Positions 17,286-27,786 are shown, counted from the stretch's first letter. The stretch is DNA of 64,000 nt from Oligoflexus sp. (GCA_041736305.1 JBGSTX010000334.1:8754-72753); one strand, 5' to 3'. Program-made: numbers and translations. Notes: generated by a model from the sequence alone, not told the origin.

Positions 17286-18631
17286 GGGATGTTATTAGCA
17301 GAAAGATTTGTTATCGCTACTTCACTGAGCTTTTTCTGAGGCCAGTCATCAACTTTAAAGTTCGCTCGAAAGACTTCCTTTTCTCCCCCACGTTGTGATT
17401 CGTACACCACACGAAACGTCGTCCCATCTCCGTAGGCTAAGGCTGCAGTGGAGATGGCCCCATCTACTTCCAGCTCCGGTGTTTCAGCATCGTAAATAGC
17501 GCAGAGATCTGTGCTGAGCTGAGTCCAGGGGGCATTAACTTCGCCAGGGGTACGAGCCACGAAAAGAGGAATGACCGCCATATCACTCATACGCAAGAGC
17601 TGAAAGAAGTTAACAGGCAGTTGTCTCGTTTTACAAAAATAATTGTCGTTACCTGTAACAAGAGCATATGCACCATCAGGAGTCATTGAAACGTTGGCAG
17701 TTGTTAAAGGCTGGTTAGCTGCAAAACTCGCTGCTTCAAAATTCGGAGCAGTCGCTGCTGCGAAAGGATCTAAATACCGATAGCTATCTAAAACACCTAC
17801 ATCCGGGACATAACCTTCTGGTCTCTCAGAATAGCTGCCTAGCTTGGGCTTTAATTTTGGCTTATTGAGCGTTTCTATATAAACAAGGCCAAGTTGGGAA
17901 GCCGCGGCAGGAGCAGTGCTATCCCCTTGCTGGCTTAGATTTGGGGAAGATTCCGCATCGGTCCAGGTGCTAGTTGATGGATCCAGCTTTCGAGTTCGCC
18001 AGAAATTTTGATTGCCTATTTCTGCCAAGGTGAAGAGCACAAAATCTCCCTGGCTGGTCGAGCTCAAAAGCGGTCGGGACTCTTTATCAAACTGACCGAT
18101 GACTGTAGTTGCCGCAGTCAGTATGTCAAACTTGAAGACCTTACTTGACCTTGTGTTCCCGCGTCTTTCCGTAAATCCAAGGTAGGGCTGAGCTTCGTCG
18201 CCGAGCATGAGCCCAATTATTTGCGACTGAGGGGCCAGCTCAATTTCACTAAAAAGCTGCCCGCTCCAGTTTAGAAGAATGAGTTTGTGGCTGCTTGGAC
18301 TTTGTCGCTCGACCAGAATCCATTTTCCATCACGACTTAAAGCAAGGCTCGATTCTTCCTCAGCCTCGCCTAAAGGGCGCATTGAAGATAGAAGGCGAAG
18401 TTTTGTGGGGCTGCCATCCTCGTACAAAAAGGCGCGATAGGCGCCCGCCTCTCGGCGTGACAGGAAGGCCGCATGCTGACCATCGGCACTGAGCATGGCA
18501 TCAAAATCTTGGAAATTACTGAGGTCCTCGCGGGTTTTCACCTTCTCACGGGGGTCTTGGACCGGATCACGATCACTATTTCCACCACAGCTGCTCAGTA
18601 GCACCAGTGCAATTCCTAAGTATAATCTCAT
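17282..18631 (-). CDS. hypothetical lipoprotein, possibly TolB-like beta-propeller
   Basis: MRLYLGIALVLLSSC lipobox at 18631; repeated SADG/SRDG/TPDG turns. Confidence 0.6.
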   Translation of the reverse strand: MRLYLGIALVLLSSCGGNSDRDPVQDPREKVKTREDLSNFQDFDAMLSADGQHAAFLSRREAGAYRAFLYEDGSPTKLRLLSSMRPLGEAEEESSLALSRDGKWILVERQSPSSHKLILLNWSGQLFSEIELAPQSQIIGLMLGDEAQPYLGFTERRGNTRSSKVFKFDILTAATTVIGQFDKESRPLLSSTSQGDFVLFTLAEIGNQNFWRTRKLDPSTSTWTDAESSPNLSQQGDSTAPAAASQLGLVYIETLNKPKLKPKLGSYSERPEGYVPDVGVLDSYRYLDPFAAATAPNFEAASFAANQPLTTANVSMTPDGAYALVTGNDNYFCKTRQLPVNFFQLLRMSDMAVIPLFVARTPGEVNAPWTQLSTDLCAIYDAETPELEVDGAISTAALAYGDGTTFRVVYESQRGGEKEVFRANFKVDDWPQKKLSEVAITNLSANNIP

Positions 18632-18790
18632 ATACCTACAGTTCCTTTTTCGAACTAGAGCCGCCGGAAGTTCGCAATTCCTATGGGCAAGCCCAGTTAA
18701 AAGGTCTATTCTCATTGAATAGACAGATTTTTTTCGAGCTCCAGGCTTTCTCCGAGCTCGAGCCTTTTTATAGCGGCACCGATTATAAAC

Positions 18791-21001
18791 ATGAACGCAG
18801 AGAAATTGCGAAAACTAAACCATGTTGGACAGGATGACCGCTATTTCAATCGCGAGTTGAGTCTATTGGCCTTTAGTGAGCGGGTTCTAGAAGAAAGTTT
18901 GCGCGATCGTACCCCTCTGCTCGAGCGTCTGAGATTCCTCGCAATTTGCTACTCAAATTTAGATGAATTCTTCATGGTGCGAATGGCGGAAAAAAAGCGC
19001 GCTTCCCGCGATGGAGTGAAAAGCAGCGAAGATAGTGCAGACAGGCTCTCGACACAAGAAGCGCTGGCAGCCATTCATAGCAAGTCTCGTTCACTGCTCG
19101 AGGCGATATACGCGGCCTACCATACGCAAATTCTCCCTCGGCTGCGGGAGCACAGCATTCAAATAGAGAACTTCTCCCAGTTAAATGAATCGCAGCGGGC
19201 TGGACTTTCGCAGTACTACCGGCAATCAGTTTTGCCAGTTCTTACTCCCTTAGCAGTTGATCCGGCTCATCCTTTTCCCTTTCTAGCCAATCGACGCCTC
19301 TACCTACTGGTTATTTTTCGCAGCGATAAACGCGACCTCGAAAATCCACCGATAGCCTTCGTTGAGGTTCCGAGCGTGCTGGCGAGAGTCATACCGGTTG
19401 CAGGTGCTGGTCACAGCTTTGTTTTACTCGAAGATCTGATCAAAGAGAACCTAGCCTCACTTTTCTTCGGTTTACCGATTTTGGCGGCATTTCCAATCAG
19501 GATCAGTCGAAATCTTGACATAAACTTGATGGAAAGTGAAGTCGTAGACCTTATGAGCTCAGTACAGACTGAGGTTAATGCCCGGGAACAGGCCGAGGTC
19601 GTCCGCCTAGAAATTGGGTCCACCTTACCTCCTCAGCTCGCAAGTTACCTGGAGCGTCGTTTTTTGCTAGGGGCCCCCGATATATATATTGCAAATGGGC
19701 CTCTGGCCATCGGCGACCTTTCTCAACAGCTCTACGATCTCCCGGGCGAGGGATGGCGTTTTGAGGCTTTTAATCCGCGTCTACCTTCTTGCATGAAAAG
19801 CGCCCGTTCGATTTTCAGTCTCATTCGTGAAGACGATCTTCTCTTGCATCATCCCTACGAAAGTTTTTATGCGGTAATTGAACTGCTCCATGCCGCTGCT
19901 TGGGATCCTCAAGTTCTAGCGATTAAGCAGACTCTCTATCGAACGTCAGGCGACTCGCCGATTATAGATGCGCTCATCCAAGCTGCTGAGCAGGGCAAGC
20001 AGGTCACAGCTGTGGTCGAGCTCAAAGCTCGCTTCGATGAAACGAATAATATTCTCTGGGCGCGACGCATGGAGAGGGCGGGCGTCCATGTAGTTTATGG
20101 GTTTATCGGCTTGAAAACTCACTGTAAGATGACCCTCATAGTGCGTCGGGAAGAGAAGCATCTGCAACGCTATGTCCACTTGTCCACAGGTAACTACAAC
20201 TCAGCTACCGCAAGAAGCTACGTAGATCTTGGCTACATCACAGCCAGGAGCGAAATCGCCGATGATACGAGTCTACTTTTCAATCTTCTCACTGGTTTTA
20301 ATATGAACAGTGGTGAAGAGAGCAGTCTTAAACCGCAGCTCTCGCCAATGCGAAAATTTTTGGTTGCTCCCCTGTTTTTACGCGAATCTTTGGTACAACT
20401 CATCGATCGTGAAATCGAAGCACATCAGCGAGGTGGCCAAGGACAGATCGTAGCGAAAATGAATTCCTTAGTTGATCCGGTTCTGATTGAAAAGCTCTAC
20501 GAAGCTTCCCAAGCAGGTGTCTCGATTCAGCTTATCATCCGAGGAATCTGCTGTTTAAGGCCTCAAATAGCCGGTATGAGTGAAAACATTGAGGTGATCT
20601 CCATAGTTGGACGTTTTCTCGAGCATTCTCGTATTTTTTACTTTCACAACGGCGGTATGGAGGATATTTACCTCGGTTCGGCAGACTGGATGCAGAGGAA
20701 TATGGACAAGCGCATTGAGGTAGTCTTTCCAGTCGAAGGTCAGCGCGCCAAAGAGCGCATACTTAACGAAATTCTTGTCAGTTACTGGCGTGATACTGAA
20801 AATTCTTGGCAACTTCAGGGTGATGGCACTTATCTTAAAAGAGAGGGGTCCGAGCCAGCCTGGGACTGCCAACAAAAGTTTATTGAAATTGCCCGTGAAC
20901 AGGGTATCAAATCCCTTCCATACGACAAGGCCATCCGGCATAATCTCAAGCGACACGGTCGGCCTATTGTGAAGAAAAGCAACAAGACCAAGCGTCCTTA
21001 A
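18791..21001 (+). CDS. ppk1: polyphosphate kinase 1
   Basis: FNRELS, NLDEFFMVR, DPAHPFP, HHPYESF, IKQTLYRT, ELKARFDE, LKTHCK, TGNYN, GRFLEHSR, GSADWM. Confidence 0.96.
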   Translation: MNAEKLRKLNHVGQDDRYFNRELSLLAFSERVLEESLRDRTPLLERLRFLAICYSNLDEFFMVRMAEKKRASRDGVKSSEDSADRLSTQEALAAIHSKSRSLLEAIYAAYHTQILPRLREHSIQIENFSQLNESQRAGLSQYYRQSVLPVLTPLAVDPAHPFPFLANRRLYLLVIFRSDKRDLENPPIAFVEVPSVLARVIPVAGAGHSFVLLEDLIKENLASLFFGLPILAAFPIRISRNLDINLMESEVVDLMSSVQTEVNAREQAEVVRLEIGSTLPPQLASYLERRFLLGAPDIYIANGPLAIGDLSQQLYDLPGEGWRFEAFNPRLPSCMKSARSIFSLIREDDLLLHHPYESFYAVIELLHAAAWDPQVLAIKQTLYRTSGDSPIIDALIQAAEQGKQVTAVVELKARFDETNNILWARRMERAGVHVVYGFIGLKTHCKMTLIVRREEKHLQRYVHLSTGNYNSATARSYVDLGYITARSEIADDTSLLFNLLTGFNMNSGEESSLKPQLSPMRKFLVAPLFLRESLVQLIDREIEAHQRGGQGQIVAKMNSLVDPVLIEKLYEASQAGVSIQLIIRGICCLRPQIAGMSENIEVISIVGRFLEHSRIFYFHNGGMEDIYLGSADWMQRNMDKRIEVVFPVEGQRAKERILNEILVSYWRDTENSWQLQGDGTYLKREGSEPAWDCQQKFIEIAREQGIKSLPYDKAIRHNLKRHGRPIVKKSNKTKRP

Positions 21002-21019
21002 CCGACAGGACATAAGTCC

Positions 21020-22606
21020 ATTAATCGCACCAGCTTCCAACCTAAGTCCCCCCTCGCTGTGATCGATCTCGGGTCGAACACTTTTCATCTCGCCATTACC
21101 TCGCTCGATGACGCAGGACAGATTCATGTCATCGATAGCCAAAAGGAAAGCCTAAGGTTGGCTGAGGTTTTGGAAGACGGTGAGATCCCCGAAAAGTTTT
21201 TCAAAAAAGCCGCTGATGCATTGGTTGCTATGAAAAGTATCGGTCAGAGTTACAACGCCGAATTTCGACTTATTGCCACTCAGGCCATCCGAGTAGCTCG
21301 CAATAGAATCTCTTTTATTGATCACGTTCAGAAGTCGACAGGCTTGAAACTCGAAATTATAGATGGCGTCGAAGAAGCCAGGCTTTCTTTCCTCGGAGTC
21401 TGCCAAGGCCTAAGCTTTGGGCCCGACACCCTTCTTTCTCTTGATATAGGTGGGGCTTCTACTGAAATCGCCGTAGGCCGCATGGGCGAATGCATCTATC
21501 TCTCGTCTTTAAAAATGGGCGCTCTTATCTTATCCAAACGCCATCTTTTTGATGGCATTGTTGGCCAGGAAAACTTAGATGAACTGCAGCAGTCCGTAGA
21601 GTCACGTCTGGCTCCTGTGCAGGAAGACCTTGCCTCGATTACGATTCAGCATGCGGCTGTGACTTCCGGTAGTGCTAAAGCCATAGCGCGCATGGTTCAC
21701 TGGGATCGACATAAGACCGAATTGGACGATGCTCATGGTTTCCGCTTTACGGCTCTTGAGCTCTTTGCCATTGAGAGTGAGCTCTATCAGCAGATCGATC
21801 CCCAAAAGATCGCGGCCCGCTGGAAGCTCGAAGCCCGCCGGGCCGATATCATCCTTGCTGGCTGTTCTATACTCGCGACTGTGACCCGCTTGCTAAATAT
21901 CGAGCAGTGGACAGTTTCGACTTCAGGTCTCCGCGAAGGCGTAGCCATAGACACCTATGCACGGCGTCGCCTCTTGCCAATAAGTCGTTGGCTCGACTTG
22001 AGGTGGCACAGCGTCCAAAGCTTTGCTCATAAGCTGAGGCTCGATCCTCAATTTGCCCTCCACACTAGCGAACTAGCTCTGCGAATTTACGACGAACTAC
22101 TGCTTTACAAAGAGTTTGCAGAATTGAGCTTGGATCCGGCCTACGATCGGGAACTGCTCAAGGCCTCAGCTTATCTCCTTGAGTCTGGCAAATTTATCAG
22201 CTTTAGCGCTTATCATCGACACTCTTACTATTTGATTACAGAATCTAATCTGCTTGGTTTTACGCAAGAGGAAAAGCATCTGATAGCGCTAGTCAATCGT
22301 TTTGCAAGAAAAAGCCCTGCCAGATCGAGCAAGTCGGAAGGCTTACCTTACTTAGAAAACAACATCGGACGAGTCAATTTACTCTCGTCTTGCCTCCGCA
22401 TCGCCCGCTGCCTACTAAGAACTCGTCAACTCAAAGTGAAGGGTTTTCAGATCTCTGCACAAGCGAACGAAACTTATCTTCTTGAAGTTACAGCAGCCCC
22501 AAAAGTCCGCATGGATGCTGAGCGCCTGGCCTTAAAGAAAGAAATGAAAAACCTCGAAAAGGCCTTCGATAGGTCTTTTCAATACTCGATTCAGAGTTCC
22601 AACTGA
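21020..22606 (+). CDS. ppx: Ppx/GppA exopolyphosphatase
   Basis: LAVIDLGSNTFHL, IIDGVEEARL, DIGGASTE, RRADII, GLREG, HD-like C-terminal region. Start uncertain: GTG 21059 lies inside the first motif, ATT 21020 proposed. Confidence 0.9.
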   Translation: MNRTSFQPKSPLAVIDLGSNTFHLAITSLDDAGQIHVIDSQKESLRLAEVLEDGEIPEKFFKKAADALVAMKSIGQSYNAEFRLIATQAIRVARNRISFIDHVQKSTGLKLEIIDGVEEARLSFLGVCQGLSFGPDTLLSLDIGGASTEIAVGRMGECIYLSSLKMGALILSKRHLFDGIVGQENLDELQQSVESRLAPVQEDLASITIQHAAVTSGSAKAIARMVHWDRHKTELDDAHGFRFTALELFAIESELYQQIDPQKIAARWKLEARRADIILAGCSILATVTRLLNIEQWTVSTSGLREGVAIDTYARRRLLPISRWLDLRWHSVQSFAHKLRLDPQFALHTSELALRIYDELLLYKEFAELSLDPAYDRELLKASAYLLESGKFISFSAYHRHSYYLITESNLLGFTQEEKHLIALVNRFARKSPARSSKSEGLPYLENNIGRVNLLSSCLRIARCLLRTRQLKVKGFQISAQANETYLLEVTAAPKVRMDAERLALKKEMKNLEKAFDRSFQYSIQSSN

Positions 22607-23637
22607 TGAACGATCGAAGCTCCCCTTATCAAAGCTATCGCCATTCAATGAGCACCGCGATCGACCCAGGCGCTATTACGCGCTGGCGTCTCTTCCTCAT
22701 CAAAGGTGACAGCGATTATCTGCTTGGAGCGACGCGGCGCATTCTTAAGGAAGTATATGAAAAGGCTGGCTGGAAATTAGAGCGGTCTGAAGGCTCAAGC
22801 TTCACTGCAGAGCGCTTCTACCAGGCCATTTCCGCTAGGTCTTTATTCGATCCAAAGACTATCACCCTTCTTAATGACGCTCAGAGCACGCAAGATCTTT
22901 TATCGTGCCTGCAGGCCATCAAAGATCCAAAAGACATCCAAAACCCCATGTTTATCCTGTGGCGTGGTAAAGATCCAAGTCCAAAGCTGCTAAAAGAAAT
23001 TGAACGCCTTGGAACTCTGCGCATTCCTTGCGACGAGCCAGCCCCTTGGGAATTTAAGGATTTTCTTGGTGACCTCAATCGTCGCTATAAACTTAGCTTG
23101 AGCACCGATGCTATCGACTTGGTTTTAGAGGCTGTCGGAAATGACCTATTCAAGCTCGACAATGAAATGAGACGTCTGGCGCTAAGCCTGGGCGAGAGCT
23201 CAGGACCTCGCAACGCTGCAGCTCTAAGACCACACCTTGGATTCCTTCGGGAAGATCATGTTTTTAAAATCGATCAGTGGCTCTGCGTGGGAGCGACGAG
23301 CAAGGCCCTCCTCCTTATGAAGGACTTAACAGACCGAGGAGAGAAACCTTTGGCACTGCTCGCAATCTTAGCCATGCACTGTCGCAAGGCCTTGCAGGTG
23401 CAGTCAGGTTTAAAGGCGGGCGCAAATGCTCAAGACCTAGCTCGTCAGATGCGTCTAGCTCCCCGGCTAGTGCAGACCTATATCCCTTATGTCCAGAAAC
23501 GTAGCATGGAACAATTTCAACGGGCTCTGCAACTCTGCCATGAAGCAGATCGTCGTCTGAAGAGTCGACGGGAGGGCGAAGAACTTTGGCTGAGTCAGAT
23601 TTTGTTCGAACTCAGGGCCCCATTAGCCGGTATTTGA
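22606..23637 (+). CDS. holA: DNA polymerase III subunit delta
   Basis: LFLIKGDSDYL, SLF, GNDLFKLDNEMRRL, VFKI, GEKPLALLAIL, ADRRLKS; TGATG coupling to ppx. Confidence 0.8.
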   Translation: MNDRSSPYQSYRHSMSTAIDPGAITRWRLFLIKGDSDYLLGATRRILKEVYEKAGWKLERSEGSSFTAERFYQAISARSLFDPKTITLLNDAQSTQDLLSCLQAIKDPKDIQNPMFILWRGKDPSPKLLKEIERLGTLRIPCDEPAPWEFKDFLGDLNRRYKLSLSTDAIDLVLEAVGNDLFKLDNEMRRLALSLGESSGPRNAAALRPHLGFLREDHVFKIDQWLCVGATSKALLLMKDLTDRGEKPLALLAILAMHCRKALQVQSGLKAGANAQDLARQMRLAPRLVQTYIPYVQKRSMEQFQRALQLCHEADRRLKSRREGEELWLSQILFELRAPLAGI

Positions 23638-23649
23638 GGAGCTGCACAC

Positions 23650-24465
23650 TCAGCTCTGCTCCAGTGGCGATGATTCTAGCGATTGCGTTGGAGCTAAATA
23701 GGCCGCCTTCGCAGGCGAAGCTGTTAGAATCTCAACACGCCCATCGCTTCTGATAGCAATCGTGTGCTCAAATTGGGCCGAGAGTGTGCCATCGATAGTT
23801 ACCGCCGTCCAACCGTCTTTTTTTACCTTCGTTCGCCAATCACCCTCGTTGATCATAGGCTCGATGGTAAAGACCATTCCCGGCTCTAAGCGCAGACCAC
23901 GACTGCGTTCACCGTAGTGGAATATCTGCGGATCTTCATGAAACTGCTTGCCGATACCGTGCCCAACAAAATCGCGGACCACAGAAAAACCATTGGCTTC
24001 TGCATGCTCCTGGATTGCGGCTCCGATATCCCCCACGCGGGCTCCGGGCTTGACCATAGCGATTCCTCGATCGAGGCACTCTTGGGTGACCTTGATGAGC
24101 CGCTTGGCTTTGTCGCTAATTTTTCCGACTGGAAAAGTACGCGACGCATCTCCATGGTAGCCAGCTATGATCGGGGTAACATCGATATTTATGATATCGC
24201 CTTCTTTGAGGCGGGTCTTTACAGATGGAATACCGTGGCACACCACATCGTTCACTGAGGTGCAGATCGCTTTGGGAAAACCCTTGTAGTTTAAAGGTGC
24301 TGAAATTCCACCTTCTTCCAGCGTCCAGCGATGAACTATATCATTGAGATCCTGAGTTGAAACCCCTGGCTTGATGTATTCACCAATACGATCGAGGAGG
24401 CTAGCGGCGAGGGTACCAGCTCTTTTCATAATGTCGATTTCAGCATCGCTCTTTAAGTAAATCAT
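23650..24465 (-). CDS. map: methionine aminopeptidase type I
   Basis: GFPKAICTSVNDVVCHGIP, GDIINIDVT, HGDASRT, GHGIG, FHEDP, FTIEPMIN, AQFEHT. Confidence 0.95.
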   Translation of the reverse strand: MIYLKSDAEIDIMKRAGTLAASLLDRIGEYIKPGVSTQDLNDIVHRWTLEEGGISAPLNYKGFPKAICTSVNDVVCHGIPSVKTRLKEGDIINIDVTPIIAGYHGDASRTFPVGKISDKAKRLIKVTQECLDRGIAMVKPGARVGDIGAAIQEHAEANGFSVVRDFVGHGIGKQFHEDPQIFHYGERSRGLRLEPGMVFTIEPMINEGDWRTKVKKDGWTAVTIDGTLSAQFEHTIAIRSDGRVEILTASPAKAAYLAPTQSLESSPLEQS

Positions 24466-24514
24466 TCGAGTCCCTTTTTTGCCTACAGCAGCGGCCCCCA
24501 ACCGCGGCGAGGCT

Positions 24515-26014
24515 TCAACGCTGCCGGGGAAGACCTGTAAGATCCGAAAACCAATCTGGATTCCGAAGACTAATCTCTTGCCGGGATGTTTTGCCTTTTC
24601 CGAGCTGGGCTTCCAAGCAGGTTCGGTGCTGCATCAAAATGGAGAAAGGCTCTAGCTTATACACCACATCATGGATCTTTTCCAAGAGCGTGAAATCTGG
24701 CTTTTGATGCGTCAAAGTAACTGAGTAGTGCTCCAGCGCCTTGTCGAGTTGCGGATCCTGATAGCGCCAAGGCCAGGGTGCATTTTTACTTGCCGAATGC
24801 AGGAAAAGGCTCGGATTGGAATCTGGCCAAGAGGAGACTATCGAAGTTAAGACCGCATCGACTGGATCTCGACTATTCTGTGTAAAAATTGTTTTTAAGC
24901 CTAAAGCTCGCAAACTATCATCTAAGACTTTGCGAAGCAAAGTTGAGCCTTCATAGTCATAAACAAGAATTTTCATTTCCATGAGCAGGCCGTCAGCTGT
25001 ACGACGATAACCATCGTCTTCGGACCTTTTGAAGCCGATGCTATTGAGAAGCTTGTCGGCCAGCAGGGGGTCGTATGCGGGCACCTTCAATCTAGAGTTG
25101 TAACCGGGATGGATCCGAAGGATAGGACCTGAGATAAGATTACCTAAGGAACCGGCTCCCGAGCGTAACAGAGCGCCCCGCGGTAAGAGATGGGTCATCG
25201 ACCTCCGAAAAACAGGATCCTTAGTCCAATGACCATTTGGATTCCAAGCCAAGAGGGTAATGAGCGGGGTGTCGAGGGGCTGCGCACAGACCAAAGCCTC
25301 GTCCAGCTGTCGCTTGTAGCTGCTCGGGTGAAGTTCTTCGCCAAATCGAAATGAAACGTATGGTGCTTCCGGTTTTTTTTGCCCGGGAGTAGCTGGTCCG
25401 TTCTGCCAAGCCAAACGTGGGGCTGCCTGCACGCTATCAATGAACACTGACTTAATCTCAGGATCTGGGTGCAGCGTTCCAGCACACTGAAACGGCAGCT
25501 GCCCAGTAGCGAGCTTTTTCTTTAATGGCATCTCATTGAGGATATAGGGACCAAAGCTAGGGGTGCTTGTCCATTGGACGATAAGTTGCCCTTTTACCTG
25601 GATAAAATCCATCGAAGGCAGCTCCCAACGACCCATTCCGATTTTTTGCACAGCTTCGGGAAGCTCGTCTTTTAGAAAGGTTTCCAATTCGGTCAATGTA
25701 ACTCTGCGCTCATCCCACCACTTAAGGTTCTCATTAGGTGTCAAGATCCACCTATCACCCTTAACTTCAAGTTTTTGAAGTAAGTATGGTTCAGACTTAA
25801 GCTGGAGAAGATTGAGACGGGTCAGGGCTGGACAAAGCAGATTTCCCAAGAGAGGATCACCGCTGAGCAAGGCCTCAGGTAAACGCGAAGTATCTAAAGG
25901 CCAGCCGGCTACAGTGATTGGCTGAGCTTTGCTTGGCAGAGCCTTGCCTGGGGTGGCTTGGAGGGCCAGTCCCACGAAAAGGACTTTGGTCTTTCCCATC
26001 GCGTTGGTTAACAT
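24515..26014 (-). CDS. ABC transporter family 5 (peptide/nickel-type) substrate-binding protein, divergent
   Basis: Signal-like N-terminus; KWWD, DPVFRRSM, YDPLLADKLL...GF...DGYR, YQDPQLDKALE; no permease nearby. Confidence 0.65.
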   Translation of the reverse strand: MLTNAMGKTKVLFVGLALQATPGKALPSKAQPITVAGWPLDTSRLPEALLSGDPLLGNLLCPALTRLNLLQLKSEPYLLQKLEVKGDRWILTPNENLKWWDERRVTLTELETFLKDELPEAVQKIGMGRWELPSMDFIQVKGQLIVQWTSTPSFGPYILNEMPLKKKLATGQLPFQCAGTLHPDPEIKSVFIDSVQAAPRLAWQNGPATPGQKKPEAPYVSFRFGEELHPSSYKRQLDEALVCAQPLDTPLITLLAWNPNGHWTKDPVFRRSMTHLLPRGALLRSGAGSLGNLISGPILRIHPGYNSRLKVPAYDPLLADKLLNSIGFKRSEDDGYRRTADGLLMEMKILVYDYEGSTLLRKVLDDSLRALGLKTIFTQNSRDPVDAVLTSIVSSWPDSNPSLFLHSASKNAPWPWRYQDPQLDKALEHYSVTLTHQKPDFTLLEKIHDVVYKLEPFSILMQHRTCLEAQLGKGKTSRQEISLRNPDWFSDLTGLPRQR

Positions 26015-26086
26015 GATCTGGCGCCTACACTCTTGTATGTCTTATTGGCATTACTAAAGAGAAATGGCTGCGATCCGGGAGTCCGC

Positions 26087-27265
26087 ATGCGCACTGAACA
26101 ACATTACGATATTGCCATAATTGGTGATGGGATCACAGGGCTTTCTGCCGCCTTTCACCTACAAAGGCTTGGTGCATCAGGTATTTGCGTCTTGAGCTCA
26201 GCTCGAGTGCCTCCGGTCAGTTCCACGGCGGCCGGACTGATCAGCGGGGGTTTTATCGACAACATCACGCGCCTAGCTCATCGTCATGGAGTCGAAGCGG
26301 CTGCTTCCATTTGGGATTGGACGGAAACAGCATTCGATCGTCTGCTTAGTTTTGCGGAAGAGCAAAACATCGCTACCCACCAGGGTGCTAGACTTCGCTG
26401 GCTCGTTAGTGCCGACGAAGAGCATGAAGCCGAACAAGCGGTTGGTATACGAGAGCAACTTGGCCTTGACGCCGAACTCATATCTGCCATTGAAGTCGCA
26501 CCGAGAGGTCTAGGTTCGGCTCTTGTACCTCACTCTTTGCAGTTGGATGGCACCCGAGCAGCATTTATCGATCCTAGCGAACTGCTCGCCTGCCTGCGTA
26601 AAAAGGCCGAAAATCTCATTCACTACCCAGAAGCTCTGCGGCTCGAAGCGAATGGTGATGGAGTTAGAATTGAAACGGAAGGGGGCAGCATTTTCGCGGA
26701 AGCTGCCATACTAGCGAATCACCTCAGTATTTCGAGGCTAGTGCCTGCTCTTAGTGAGGCCTTGGTGCCCTATGCTGATCAGTGGCACGAATGGTCTTTG
26801 AGCCGGCAAAATTCCGCTCATCTACCCTTGCCTCTTGGCTCAGTATTCAGTTGGCGTCATGGACACTATTGGGGTGGAGTTTTGCCTGAGCAGACGATTC
26901 GCCTCGGAGGGGCTCGTTTTCTCCGCCCGCTAGCTGGATTTGAAGCTACTGAGGCGCCGATTCGCAAAGATATCCAGCAGCATCTTAAAAAGGCATGGGA
27001 AGAGCTCTATCCCGAGTTCAAACTGGGTGAACTGAAACGATCAGCCGCCGGCCTTGATTGCTGGCCTTCCGATGAATTGCCTCTGGTTGGCCCCATGTTT
27101 GGAGAACCTCGACTCCTCTTGGCTACGGGCTTTATGGGCCAAGGCCTATCTATGGGATTTTATGCGGGATGCTGCCTTGCAGAACTCGTCCAAGGGCTAA
27201 GGCCCCCATTGCCGCGACTATTGTGGCCCGAAAGACTTCGAAATCTTCCTCTGGAAAGTTTATAA
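26087..27265 (+). CDS. FAD-dependent oxidoreductase (DAO/DadA/PuuB family)
   Basis: YDIAIIGDGITGLSAA dinucleotide-binding motif, DELPLVGP, LATGFMGQGL; GGGAG RBS. Confidence 0.85.
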   Translation: MRTEQHYDIAIIGDGITGLSAAFHLQRLGASGICVLSSARVPPVSSTAAGLISGGFIDNITRLAHRHGVEAAASIWDWTETAFDRLLSFAEEQNIATHQGARLRWLVSADEEHEAEQAVGIREQLGLDAELISAIEVAPRGLGSALVPHSLQLDGTRAAFIDPSELLACLRKKAENLIHYPEALRLEANGDGVRIETEGGSIFAEAAILANHLSISRLVPALSEALVPYADQWHEWSLSRQNSAHLPLPLGSVFSWRHGHYWGGVLPEQTIRLGGARFLRPLAGFEATEAPIRKDIQQHLKKAWEELYPEFKLGELKRSAAGLDCWPSDELPLVGPMFGEPRLLLATGFMGQGLSMGFYAGCCLAELVQGLRPPLPRLLWPERLRNLPLESL

Positions 27266-27270
27266 AAGCT

Positions 27271-27492
27271 ATGAGCACGACCCGAATCGTCCGCTGTCCT
27301 CAGTGTGGGAAATCGTCGCGTTACGATATCAATAATCCAGACAGACCATTCTGCAGTGCTCGCTGCAAGACGAGCGACATTGCAAGGTGGGCAGAGGAAT
27401 CCTACCGAATCCCGGTGCAGGAAGAGGATCCTAATGAAGATGATACGCTAGAGGCATTGCGGCGAGCTGAAGAAGACAAAGAAAGTTTCTGA
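27271..27492 (+). CDS. yacG: DNA gyrase inhibitor YacG
   Basis: CPQCGK...RPFCSARCK..DIARWAEESYRIP with acidic tail. Confidence 0.9.
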   Translation: MSTTRIVRCPQCGKSSRYDINNPDRPFCSARCKTSDIARWAEESYRIPVQEEDPNEDDTLEALRRAEEDKESF

Positions 27493-27786
27493 TCAGGGCT
27501 GACCGAGAACGTCTATATAAAGCTCGATTTCATCTGAATAGACTACCTTCGGGGCTCGCAGACGAATTTCGATTTCCGCGCACTTATCACGCAAGTCCTC
27601 GAGGATCATTTTTTTATATTCATTTCTTTCTTCATGGGGAAAGACTCCCTTGGAGAGCAACGTAGCCACTACAGCGTCAATTTCTTTAATCTGACGCTTC
27701 AGAACATCACGTCTGATAAGGCGGAGATCATTGATACTCGTTAGAGTTAGTTCATCAAGAGGACACTCGAAAACAACTTCAGCCAT
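27493..27786 (-). CDS. hypothetical protein (helical, charged)
   Basis: 97 aa ORF with GGAG RBS filling the gap between yacG and the nifU-like gene. Confidence 0.65.
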   Translation of the reverse strand: MAEVVFECPLDELTLTSINDLRLIRRDVLKRQIKEIDAVVATLLSKGVFPHEERNEYKKMILEDLRDKCAEIEIRLRAPKVVYSDEIELYIDVLGQP

